This document shows, in pieces, positions 12,165 through 24,500 of a stretch of DNA of 64,000 nucleotides (the stretch's first letter is position 1; each line of letters starts with the position of its first letter). Source of the DNA: Magallana gigas (lineage: Eukaryota). Both the position numbers and the translations under genes were made by a program. The notes under the pieces were generated by a model. It ran no database searches. It had not been told where the DNA came from and worked only from the letters and a program-made list of their open reading frames with translations. The DNA is taken from positions 25,482,001 to 25,546,000 of the forward strand of contig NC_088854.1 in assembly GCF_963853765.1 (NCBI RefSeq), read 5' to 3'.

Positions 12165-15100
12165 GATTGAACTATTATTCATGGAAATAAAAGTCCTTGC
12201 GTTATTCGAACTCGAGACCTGCAGATCGGTAAATTGAATTTTCACCCATTGCCCCACAGAGATAGACAATAAAATTTGGCAATATAAACTGTTTGATGTG
12301 CAATGCGTTCAAATCGCCATGTTGTGACGTACTGTCCTAAAAGGTAGAAGTCACGGGGTGTCAAGGATCCTTAACTCACTCTGCCGACATCAAATATCCG
12401 CCATTGTGATGTCAATAGACCCCTTCACAATAACTGCGGTGCTGCTCTCTTGCAGGGCAAAATGATATACTTAAAGTTTGCCGAATTTCAGTAGGTAGAT
12501 AATAAATGACGTAAATGAAAAAACTGACGTTACGTCATATTTCACAAAACCATGTCATTTTTCCCTGCAAAAGAGCAGTTACCGTGAAGGGGTTAATTAT
12601 TCCGACAAAATTAATTTGACTTAAAACCGTAAATCATACCAGAAAAATTTCTTGACAACAAAACAGAGGAAGCAAAATTTTGTAAAATGATTTTGCTTTT
12701 AAAATTGAATTTGCTTGTAGATTGAGTATCAACTCAAAATTGTACATTAAGATGGTATGACTGTATGCATTCATGAAGTTTAAAGGGTGTGCCCTATCGT
12801 TCTTGAATCAATTCAAAGCATAACTAGATTGTTTTTATATTAATTTGATTGCAGTTGTTGAGTGATTTGGTTTCTGAATGCCTGGATCAAGCTGATACAG
12901 ACGGTTACCATTCTATCGCCTTCCCACCGTTTGGGACCGGATACCTTTCTTATCCAACACCACGGGTCGCTGATATAATGTTAGAATGTATAGAAGATTT
13001 CACGTCACGAACATTGACAACTGTCTATATCGTCATCTACTCACAAGAAAGCAGTTGTTTTCAGGTAAACCGTCAATTTAAGGTTTCGTTTCTGTTATGT
13101 CTCCTGCAATTCTTATAAATCGGTATAAAAGAATCTAGGCCGTTTTTAGAATTTTAAGTTTTAAGAGAACAATGTCACAGTGACAAAGTCTGGTATAAAT
13201 CCACTTCATATGATAAATTCTTCTCAAATTAATTGATTTTAGAATCATTGCTTTTATCACTTAAAAAGTTCATAACTTTTGCACATTATACATGTAAATT
13301 ACGCATGGAAATTGAACCCTTTATTGCTTCATCTTTTTAATACTATATGAATACAACGTAGAACTTTTCTCTATTATCGTAAACAGGACTTTCTTAACGC
13401 TGCAAGTAAATGTTCATCATCTGCCCCATTACAGAGTAAGTATCACATTTATCTATATTTTCTTTGTACGCATGACCATGAAATTCCATTTCATAAGGCA
13501 TGGAACATCCCGGTTTTACTTCAATAACACACAGGTGTAGGCTGGTCAGCGGGACGTAGTCACCCACCAATAGCCAGTGGTTCTGGGGGTAGCGCTAGCA
13601 GTGTACGGATCGGAGCCATAAATGTACGAGTGGTAATTGGTGCCCTGAACCAGATAAGCGTAAGTTTATATATGTGGTGGTATCATAGAACCAGACAGTG
13701 TTAAGATGCGTTAAATCTTTCGTTCCAATATTTATCAGGGAAAAAAAGATTAATGTTTTGGTTTGGTTGGTAACGTAATGCCCCATCACACATTCACGGA
13801 TTAAATGCCGGATTAGCTACGGAAGCGATCCGGAATCATTCGTGGCGATATGTATTGACCCGTGGCTTTTCCGTCTGTTATCGTATCCAAACGTAGCAAT
13901 ACTTGTATAGCTGCGACAATTTTTGAACATGTTCAAAATTCCACTACGGATGAAACCACCGTAATACTTCCTTAGAAAAACTTACTAAACCGTTTTAGCA
14001 CGTAGAAGTCCGTTTTAACTCCGTATAAATCCGTAGTAATTCGTATGTATCAATTTGTATCCATTCCGTAGTGCATCCGTACTAACTCCGTATCATTAGA
14101 TTTTCCGGTGTCAACCGTGGAAAATATTCCGTAGTAGAACCTAGGAGTTGATCTGTGAATGTGTGACTGGGACATTATTAATTTTGATTTTCCGGTGTCA
14201 ACCGTGGAGAATATTCCGTAGTAGAACCGTGGAGTTGATCCGTGAATGTGTGACTGGGGCATTAAGCTTTCTCAAATACAACATGCAGATTTTTAAACGA
14301 AACATTAGTCATATTATAGTGGCATCCTCATCTCTCGCCATTCTTTCTGTAAATTATGTTACTGGAGCAAATTTTCTTGAAGCCACTTGCAAGAGATGCA
14401 TTCATGGTTTGATGAACAACATTTGCATCTTACATTCAGGCTGATGTATTGGCCCATTGTGCTCCAAAGGATCTTCAGCTCAGCTCTGGTGCCTTGTCGC
14501 GGGTTTTACTAAATGACGCTGGACCTGGACTTCAGCATGAACTTAGCAGTGTTGCAAGGAACGGAATCAATTATGGTTCAGTTGTCACTACCCAAGGACA
14601 CAATTTAAAGTGCAAATACGTGCTTCATGGTTCACTGCCCAAGTGGGGAACTTCCTCTCCAGATCCTTTGAAAGTTTGTTACTGCTACCCTACACTCCAT
14701 AAGTGAAAGCAATGTTAATGAATTTTAATTTTTAAAGTCTTTTACTTCAAATGCTTTAAAAAGCAAACTAAACCAAGATATATATACTTATAGTGTCTAG
14801 AACAATTTGTGTCCGGATGTTTGGAAACTGCAAACTTCAACTCCATGAGATCAATTGCATTTCCTACCCTCGGAATCGGTGCTTTAGGGTACCCAACAAA
14901 GGCAGCCGTTCAGGGAATGGTCCAAAGCATTAAACGATTCGCTCACAAACATCAGACGTTCCTCACAGACATCTCGATTGTAGTCTTTAGTGGAAGCGGC
15001 GACTGTGCGACCGTACAATATGTATGTGGACAGATGCAGTACTACTCTTTCCTTGCATGATATTCCTTATAGAATATTTAGTAGTAACATTATCATGATT

Positions 15101-17830
15101 ATACGCCAAATAAGGTAGTTGTAGCACTACTCTTTCACTTTCGTCTGTTAAATGAAAGGTATTAACTGCCTCTATTTTTCTATTTTCTTTGTATGTCTAT
15201 CAAAATGTCAGTCTTACCGTATTTTAATCTTAAAAATCAAGAATAAATTTTGGGTTCAAAAGACACGTAAATAAAAACTAAACATGGTAATTCAAGTACA
15301 TGCATCTGAAAACTGTTACAGGAATTATCAAAGGAGCTTGGAATTAGCATGGGTGCATCAGGTTAGTGAAAATTAATGATAATCCTCAAACCAAAAAAAT
15401 TATCCATTCAGTTCCAAACTGTAGAATCGATCTGATATCAGTAATATATATATTATTTTTTAATCAACCAAGGGTCAATATCTCATTACCCACCACCGAG
15501 TTCTTCTTCACAAGGGACGTCACGGACAGTGGCAGGTGGATCCATCAACAGAATCCCAGTCAATGTCGTAGTAGGAAGTCTATCGAATCAAAATGTACGA
15601 CATCAGCCTACATGTCACTTGAAAATTTCATCAGTATAATAATGAGCATTGGCGTTTAGTTTCATAAATGCAGAATGTATTGTCTATCAAACTGGATTCT
15701 TTTTTGTGAATTTGAAGGTTGACGTCATCGTGAACAGCGTCGGTCAGGACCTGGCCATGACTTCCGGTTCTTGTTCTGCCATTGTAGCAGCTGCCGGTCC
15801 CAATCTTGCTAAAGAGTTACTTCAGAATAATACCAGCCTTCCTTACGGAAAAGTCGCAGTTACCAAGGGTTACAACCTAAAATGTGCTGAGGTTTTCCAT
15901 GGGGCTTTGCTACCATGGTATTCCAAAGGCGCTGGTAACACGAATCAGCCGGATATTGTAAGCTTCCACAAATAGCATGTTCAGTGCAAAAAAAATTCAT
16001 ATATTGTACATATACTATAGTTCTATTTAAACTAAAAGGGTCCGTGATTATTCAGGTTCTTGAAGAGTTTGTCTATAAATGCTTGGAAAAGGCAATGTCA
16101 AAAGGACACAAAACAATCGCTTTCCCAGCTTTGGGTGCCGGAAATCTCAAATTTCCACTGAATGTAGCAGCTGCGTGCATGGTGGCTGGCATAGTAAAGT
16201 TTTCCAAGAAATACAGCATTGCCGAAGTTCGAATCGTGTTGTACGGTGGGAGCCCAGACTTACGTCAGCTGGAAAAGGTTTTTAGTATTTCAAGTCATTT
16301 TACATTGTATTTCTACATTTTATGACTGTTGTGTCTATGCACTTGAAAAAAAATCATATGATTTTTTGTTAAAATTTTTCGTATATTAGGAGTATAAAGA
16401 TGAAATATCACATCCAGGAAGAAAAGGTAAATAATTGTTTTGCATATATATATTGACTATTTTTTCAAATTTTCATGAACATAAAATTTTTTAACTTGAT
16501 AATTCAAAGTGTTGAATGAGGATATTTTGATAAATGGGTCTTAACGCATCTCTGCAGTGAATCCTGTTGGACATCCAGTCCCCCACAAACAGTCTCACCA
16601 GTACGCCGAACCCCTTCGTGGCTCACAAGACTGGTTTTCCTGGAAATATCGCGAGGAACTGAGAACACCAAAATACTGGACAAAATACACTTACAGGAAT
16701 ACTCTGAAGGACTGGAATCTAGACGTAAGGACACATTTTCATTCGTTACAACCTGTGGATCAAGTTGTGTCTAATTCGATAGCGGCAGCCTTCAAAAGCA
16801 CGATGGGTACGCACACTATCAAAAGTATTCAAAGAGTGGAGAATGTCGACCTGTTTCAGAAATACGCAGAAGAATGTCAGAGGTTATTCCGGAAAGCCTA
16901 CGTTGAAGGAAACTTTGTTCCATTGGATAAGATAAAGTCCTCACAAGGACCCGTAAAGGTAATGAAAAGGTTAGATCCTTCAATGACACAGCACACCTAT
17001 CCGGAAATCAACGAGTATTACTTTTTCCACGGCACGAATGCCCAGCATGTTGATGCTATTTGTTCTCAAGGATTGGACAGTAGGTTGGCCAACTCTGGGA
17101 GAGTTGGGAGTGGTGTGTATGGGGCGGAAGTGGCCTCCAAGTCCGCTGGCTACGTTGGTAAGCGTCAATTTACTTATATTTTCCAAACTTTTTTTCAAAA
17201 TTATAATCATGAAAACATAAGTCAAATATTCCTTTAAATAACCCGCTGGCCCGAGTGCGGATTGTGTTTGCAATGACGGCAAAATGGAGCAAAGTTCATA
17301 AAAATCTATACTAGTACGTGTAATACATTTTTGGGGGGTAATTTTGCAAAGATGGAAGAGCAGTGTAAATATGAGAGTGTTTGCTTTTATATTATTTTAT
17401 AATGAGCCATTTCATGCTGTCAACTTTTTAAATTCTTAATCAAATGACACGTGTGTACAGTTCGATATTCCACAAACATCTTATACATGTATAAGCTATA
17501 AAATTGTTGAGATATATACACAATTAAAAGATAATTTCAAATCGTAATATAAAACATACAATATACCAAAATATTGTTTTCCTAGGTCCAAACAGTAAAG
17601 GGGAATGTCCCATGTTCCTCATCAGAATGTGTCTTGGCGATGTATACTTGACTGGACAAGGAGGTAATTTCAAAAGACCGCCAACTAAGACAAATTCGAG
17701 CAAGGGTGGAGGAACCCAGCAAGATATGTACGACAGTGTAATGGCCAATGGTGGAAGCTTCTCGGACAGAGAGTTTGTGGTGTACGACAGAAATCAGGCC
17801 TACCCAGAGTACCTTATTTGGTATAAGTAG
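6577..17830 (+). CDS. Macrodomain-PARP paralog B (3 macrodomains plus ADP-ribosyltransferase domain, 931 aa)
   Basis: Exons: 6577-6664 (first exon inferred from ATG, phase-1 donor and acidic sequence continuity), 8422-8549, 8916-9143, 12855-13064, 13387-13435, 13535-13659, 14440-14673, 14794-15021, 15322-15361, 15473-15594, 15718-15957, 16056-16277, 16390-16426, 16558-17157, 17586-17830. Total 2796 nt, all GT-AG, same intron phases as paralog A. Motifs: GDI..VDVIVNSAN, FFHGT, GSGVYGAE..KSAGY, DREFVVYDRNQAYPEY. Confidence 0.9.
7932..8067. mobile_element. 136-bp MITE with CAGTGGCG/CGCCTATG termini and a 5-bp TSD (GTTAG)
   Basis: Imperfect TIRs CAGTGGCGTCGGA and TCCGGCGCCTATG; internal poly-G and poly-C runs; GTTAG at 7927-7931 and 8068-8072. 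Confidence 0.7.
9561..12164 (+). mobile_element. Helentron-type non-autonomous element (HINE-like) with satellite-like units and nested insertions, in intron 3 of PARP-B
   Basis: The 5' subterminal GCTCACCTGAGC (9586-9597) is the reverse complement of the 3' GCTCAGGTGAGC (12149-12160). Also present: a 3' hairpin AGCTCACTTGAGCT-TTC-AGCTCAGGTGAGCT, a GACG/GACA microsatellite at about 12077-12114, and two ~160-bp related units at about 11760-12070. That both ends belong to one insertion is inference. Confidence 0.7.
11506..11713. mobile_element. 208-bp foldback/MITE nested in the Helentron-like element
   Basis: ~36-bp imperfect TIRs GGTAAAATGGGTATGCAA.. and ..TTGCCTACCCATTTTACC; internal perfect 9-bp hairpin at 11647-11672. 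No clear TSD. Confidence 0.6.
12418..12594. mobile_element. ~175-bp TA-flanked MITE
   Basis: GACCCCTTCACAATAACTGC..TCTCTTGCAGGGCAAAATGA pairs with TCATTTTTCCCTGCAAAAGAGCAGTTACCGTGAAGGGGT. Confidence 0.65.
13776..14264. mobile_element. TA-flanked MITE with a tandemly duplicated right end
   Basis: Left TIR TAATGCCCCATCACACATTCACGGAT; right TIR ATCCGTGAATGTGTGACTGGGGCATTA; central palindrome ATTTTGAACATGTTCAAAAT; 79-bp terminal segment repeated at 14099-14177 and 14186-14264. Confidence 0.8.
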
Positions 17831-19564
17831 AATCTTCGAAAACTTGGAAGAAAGATCCCGATACCAGAAATGCACATTGCTAACTCAGCTCAGTGAATAT
17901 AAGAGTGGACAGATTCAACTTTGATATTTGTTATATACAATTGGATGTATTTTCAATGGGTTACCTTTTGAACTGTTTTTTACAAGGAATATCTAATAAA
18001 GAAACAAATTTTCAAAATGAATTACGAACAAACAACAAATCCAATATTCAATTTTAGGTTTTGTACAAAGTATATTGTTAATTCTTTTTTGTACAACTAT
18101 ATATTTATATTTTAACATATGTTGAAACAATAAAGACTTCTTTTAAAGCTCTAATGAATTATTAGGTGACCTTAATCGAAGTTAAAAAAAAAAAAACTTT
18201 CAACATATAAGGGAACTTATTTCCATCCTTCAATACTTTTAGTTATATATTACATGTATCTTCCTGCTTATTAATGAAAATTGGTTCAAACTTGGTCACA
18301 ATAATACATGTACGTTCTCTCCTGATACCAATGAGAAATACACTAAAAACAATTAATGTATGTGTTTATTAAAATGATAAAAAGCACCAAACAACATATA
18401 TCATGTATATCAAATGTAAGATTAAAATCTGCTTCCAATTAGGTAAATGGTGTTACAAATAAATTTCAAAAATCAAAAGTATAGTACATTAATTATCATT
18501 GTTTCTAAATCATTTGGCCTAAAATTTCTACTGTCTCTTCAAAACAAAAATTCAACTTCAAGTTTCTTCCGTTTGTTCGAGTTGTGGATTTATGTATAAA
18601 TATTAATCTGGCATAATATCAAAATGCAATGAGATGCAGTAATGGAATGGTATTACTGTGAATTCTCCTCCAGGATACCCAAGTAAGCCAATCTGTCAAA
18701 ATACAAGATATAACTTGTACATTGTATAAGTATCTTATGAAGACAAAGAGATACAACATATCCATTGAAAATTTTAAAAAATATCACATATCCGTTATTG
18801 AAACATGGCAACATCTGATATACAATGTACTTTTGTTAACTAAGTTTCCATATAAGATTGAATAACCTATCATATGAAACCACAATCAGTCTCAAATTTA
18901 TACAAGACTTGGGGTTTCTGTATACAGTCATGCATTTGACTAAAATGTATAGCTTAATCTAAATCAAATGTAATTCACTCAATGAAGCATTATTTAGGTT
19001 TCACTCCGATCACATTTTAGTATACAAAGGGTACCAAAATGCATGTTGTATGTAACACAGAGAATATAGATATAATACTGGTATATTATAAGTTTTGATA
19101 CAAAATTGAATAAAATAGAAATGTTGCACCGAAAAAGCAAATAATCCTGCATGTATATTTAATTCAAATTTCATTGGAGTACCGTAGTCGCCCTTTAAAA
19201 TTATTTTCAATTTGTCATGAGTAGTTTCCCTTTAAAATGATGTCTATTAGTTGGGTCTAGAGCAGAATATATTGGCAGAGTCGAAATTTGTTCACACCTC
19301 TGAAGTGGAAAGGGGATTAACATTCAAAATTGCATGTAATTGCAACAAAACATTGAAAGTGAACAATTGCAAGGGTGCAACAAGGAATTTCAAAGAGTAT
19401 ATGAAAGGCGAGAATGAGAGTTTGCAGTTTTAAACACCCATAACCCTTATGTTCAGGGATAATATCATTAAGGTATACATATCATTGAGTACATATATGT
19501 TTTATTTAGATTTCGTCTTTCAATATGGTTTTCTTTTTCACAAACCTTTTTTTGATAATGAAAA

Positions 19565-21533
19565 CTAAACTGCTCCTATAAATTTGACCTCCTTTCCAGT
19601 TTTTTGGAGCTCTGCCAACAACTCATCTGAGGTCATGGACGATGTCACAGTGACCTTCTGGTTTTCTACGCTAGTTTCCACATTTGTCACTTTGTCTGTA
19701 AACACAACAGAAAATGAATTCCTTTATATTCCATTCCACGTTTTCTAGATATCTTACAATAATTTACAATATTGAGTTTGCACTGTGTACATGCATGTAC
19801 AGTATAGACAAGTAGATGGAAAATAATGAAAATCCATTACTGTCAAATCTTAATGAACAAGGCATATAGTAAATAAATGATCACTTGAACTAAAATATGC
19901 AATGTTAGGATTCTGAATTCTGATAATTTTAATACAAAGAAGATCATAGAGGATTTAATTTTTACAATAATAGATAATGAAATATATTCATGTAGTATAA
20001 TTTCATCATAGTGATGGCAGTTATTTCCTGGTAATTCTGCATTGTTTCGTTAAATTAGAACAAGGAACAAAACATGAAATACTCTCTCTCTTATATTGTA
20101 CTACATAACCTGCATTATGAATTTTTTCTCTCACCACCTTCATATCCTACATGAATCGCCAAAGAAGCATTGAATTGTTGAAATACTTATATACGTATAT
20201 ATGCATGTAATTTTGATGGGTGAATGGTGAAAATTTAGAACATCATCACTGCACCAAACCGTGTGAAAAAAATAAAACAATGAGTTGTCTGTGTATTTTA
20301 TTCACTAATTAAAAGTGCATGCAAGTATATTCCTATATGGAAAACAAGTGAGATTTATACTTGGGCTTTCATGCCCTAGAAATTGGGTGCACAAATGACT
20401 GCATGCCCTTTTTGTCCCTCTGTTTATCTATCCCATCTACCTCTGCATATATTTTGTATGTGTTCCAGTTTTCTAAGCTTTTTTTTTTCATTTTAAATGA
20501 TGTTGTTTAATCTCTGCATGGTAAACAGAGTGATGGCAGAATTTGTTCAGAGTTGCATTTTTTTACATTAATTAATTAATCATTTTCACTTCATGTAATC
20601 CTCATACTTCAGAGAATCAAATTATATCTATAACTTTTCTTTTCAAAATGCATATAACATGAACATGATAGGTTAATTAAACTACCACTGATGTCTGCAA
20701 GTCATGGAATGGAAAGAATGTTTAAATTATCTAATATGAAACACCGGTCATATAAAATATTTTGTTACATCCTGTAATATATTTTATGACTCTTGTAAAA
20801 GTAAAGGATATAGGATGTCAGCGCAAATTGCACTATTTCTCTAATTTTTTTTATTAATACTAGATAACATGTAACTCAATCTGCAGCAATGGCTGGAAAT
20901 TTAGTTCATTTTTAAGCCTTCTGGCATAAAATTATTTCCCATCTCCCAACAATTCTGAATCTTTCAATCTTTTAAAATATGTAAAGAAAAGGGGCAAACT
21001 GTTTGAATGTGAAATAGCCCCCGTTTCATGAAAATAATTTAAACATACATGTGCATGTACATTCGTCCTCATGGATTAAGAAACTTTTAACTGTGAGCTC
21101 TGCACACTCAAATTTATATAAATTTAATTTTAATATGGGTATAAGGAGCTCGGTCTTAACAGACTTAGCTTATCTTTATTCTGGAGTCCTCCAGACATGC
21201 CTATCATTAATGTCATTCTATCTTGAAATAATAAAAGGTTTTTTTTTCTTTTACAAGTATACACATGTATAGAATAAAATTAATTTCTGCATGAACTACT
21301 GTTTTAAATGTTACAATTCACAGTTTTCCAAACAAAATTGAGTCACCTCCAATGAAGTGAAATACCTGGTACCAGTAGAGCTGCACATATGATAATTTCC
21401 TCAGTTTACAGCAACAAGATTATTTTTGTCTTGATGCAATCTTATCTATACATTAAAATGGATTTTTAGTGGATATATAATGGGAATTTTATCAAACTGT
21501 ATCTTGAATATATTAAACTGTGAAAATTGTACA

Positions 21534-21599
<66 letters not shown>

Positions 21600-24500
21600 A
21601 GCTAATTAAAGTTTGCAAGAAAAAATGCAATACAGAATTCAGTGCTGTACATAACATAACTTTGCACAACAAAACATCCTACAATCACAAGTTCAAACAC
21701 ATGCATTGCCATGCTAACAAAATAAAGAATGTGCCTTTAAGATAGCCAAAACAACTCTGCACCATGTACCATAAAATGCTGCCATGCCATCACAATTTCA
21801 CAGAACACATCCTTGTGCAGGCACAACTTTGCTCTGTGACTGTCACAAGAATAACTGTCACACCTTCACTTAAGACCACGGAACATTAACTGGCAAGATT
21901 GGAAATAGACAACTTAAGTCAATTTCACCTGTTACAGTCAAAACATTTGAAATGGGCGGGAACAAATTAATGCGGACGTCTGAGAAAACATTGGATTAAA
22001 ACTGCAGTTATAGGATGTGTATTTTCAATCCACCTCAGCATTTCTAAAACAATTGAAAAAATATTTGGTATCAACAAAGCCATTGTTAAACATTTTATTT
22101 AATCAATAAATATATAATTAGCAAATATGGGAAGATCCCACTTTGGGAGTGATTATAATACAGGAAAGCATCGTCTGATGACTTCAGAGAATCAGTCGTA
22201 CATGTACATTGTAACAAGTCTGAAATCAAGTGGGGCCATTGTTGAATCTGGGTTTATTCCCCAAGGGGAATAATTCAAATTCGGGTGATTAATTTCAAAT
22301 TTTATCCAGATAAAAACTATTTCTAAAGTTAATGTATATGAATAGATATGATATGCGCGTTCATTGTTTAACTAGCTAAACATGAACTTGTGACGAATGA
22401 TTTTTTAAAGTCACTGGGCAAAGCTTTGCCTTGCGTATGATATCTCCCAAATTAGGATCTTCTCATATTTGCTTATTATATACTTACATGTATTGATGAC
22501 ATAAAATGTTTATCAATCACCTTGCTGATACTAAAAAAAATTTCGATCGCTTTAAGTCATATACTTTAACAAGGTAGAAATGCTTAGGTGGATTGAAAAA
22601 CACTTTCTATCACTACAGTTTCAATCCAATGTTTTCTCAGACGTCCGCTTCAATTTGTCCCCGCCTATTTCAAATGTTTTGCCTGTAACCGGTGAAATTG
22701 ACATTAGCTGTATATTTCCAATCTTGCCAGTTAAGTTCTGCAGTCTTAACACATCCTATACCTATCTAAATTTTGGAAATTACCACAGCATAAAGTATTC
22801 TAGAGCTAAAATAAAAAGATAATCCTCACTCCCCTCCCTGATACATATGTGTGTATAGCGTAAAGTATTGTAGAGCTAGAATAAAAGGATAATCCTCTCC
22901 CCCCACTCTGATGCATGTGTGTATTCATTCATATGTTTGTATGTGTCCTTGCATATTTCACAAACATGAATAATACAAGAGGGCATAGTAGAATCACCTT
23001 ATTTGAGTATTTTTAAATCAATAAAGTACATTCACCTTATTTTTCAATGAATTTTATTAAAAACAATAAAATACTTTCTTAACGAGGCCGGGTCTAATTT
23101 GTTCTGCCCTAGATTTCTGAATGAATTTTTTTAAATGAATTTCTACTGATATAATTATTCTTTTAAGATTAAAAAATAAGACATTTACCACACCATTTGT
23201 TTAGGGGGTCATCTCAAAGTTAGTTAATCTTTAACATAGGACCCTATGGGATTTTGCATGAAATGTATCAATTTTGCAATTTTTTAAAAACTTCTGCCCT
23301 AGGGATTTCTTTTTCTGTTCTACATATCAAAGTTATTGCTAAAAGGCATCAAATGGTCAAATAAAAAAAACCTTTTACCTCCTGGTTTGTTCCAGGGGTA
23401 TTATCAAAGTTGTTTTTTGAATGCCTTATTTCCCAGATTTATCAGGTAATGGCTATTTTTTATTTGACAAAGGCGGAAATGGTGATCTTTATAGTATTAT
23501 TAAAACATTCAGACATATTTAAATAATAAATAAATATATAACATCACATATTAAGGGTCATTAATATAAAATACATGGTTGCTGTCTTGAAATATATATT
23601 AATTAAGCTATATTTAGGCGGGTTAAGAAATGGTGAAAGAGGGCTAGGCTTGCTGAACCCTCTTCGCGTTTTCGACACAAGTCCATATATTGCTTATACT
23701 TGGAGACATTTATGTTTATTCCACAATATAATATCAATTTTACGCATCAAACGAGCTATTTTCAACAAATTTCGCTGAATATCTGCAGTTGAAACTATCA
23801 CGCCATGGTGTCAACAAAGCAAAAAGATGACGTCACAATACAAATGAAACGCTGCGCGAAAGCGTGCATACTCGGCCTCGTTAAGTGGTTTATGGAAGGT
23901 GAAAAGCATTACAGGAACTGATGCCAGAGGGGAAATGATTTTCTATCTGCAATGATAGCTAATTCATCACCACAAGAAACTACCAAAAATCATTTTAATT
24001 GTTTACATTTACCTTTCTGTGAACATTTCTTTAATTTATTCAATATAGTGATTAAAAATTTGTAATGAATAATAAAGAATGGCAAATTATTCAATTAATG
24101 GATCATATTCTAGCTACACCTCTTTGTAAGTCTTATGTCAGTCACTGTTAGACAGCACTTCCAGATAGCTTTTTTAGAATGATCACAAAAGAATTTATGC
24201 ATAGTACATGTAATTCTTAAAACTTAAGGAATAACAAAAATGAAACAAATACCATTTCACAATAATTGGTACACATCATTGAAAATTGGTGCCAAGTTTA
24301 TCATGTTTATATTTATATGTGAGGAAATATTATCACTGTAAATTTGCTTTAGAAGCAACCCTCACGGATTTAAAAATCTCACATTTATTTTATGACCTTT
24401 GTAAATTACACCAATTTATAACAAAAGTTTATACCCAGTCAGAAAAGTTTATAACAAAAACTTGCACATGACTATAACATACCCCCAAGCTTGCCCAGCA

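Noticed and set aside
12195-12260. tRNA-like A-box/B-box segment on the minus strand (TGTGGGGCAATGG..GAGTTCGAAT)
   Set aside because: The stems do not close into a cloverleaf. At best it is a decayed SINE head, too weak to call.
14099-14264. 87-bp-period direct repeats as a mini CRISPR or minisatellite
   Set aside because: There are only two copies, and each ends in the MITE's terminal inverted repeat.
21466-21745. ORFs with ERERER or SLSLSL runs (also 32176-32451, 34701-34955, 35864-36070, 60886-61221)
   Set aside because: These are translations of (CT)n/(GA)n microsatellites; only separately supported exon parts were kept.
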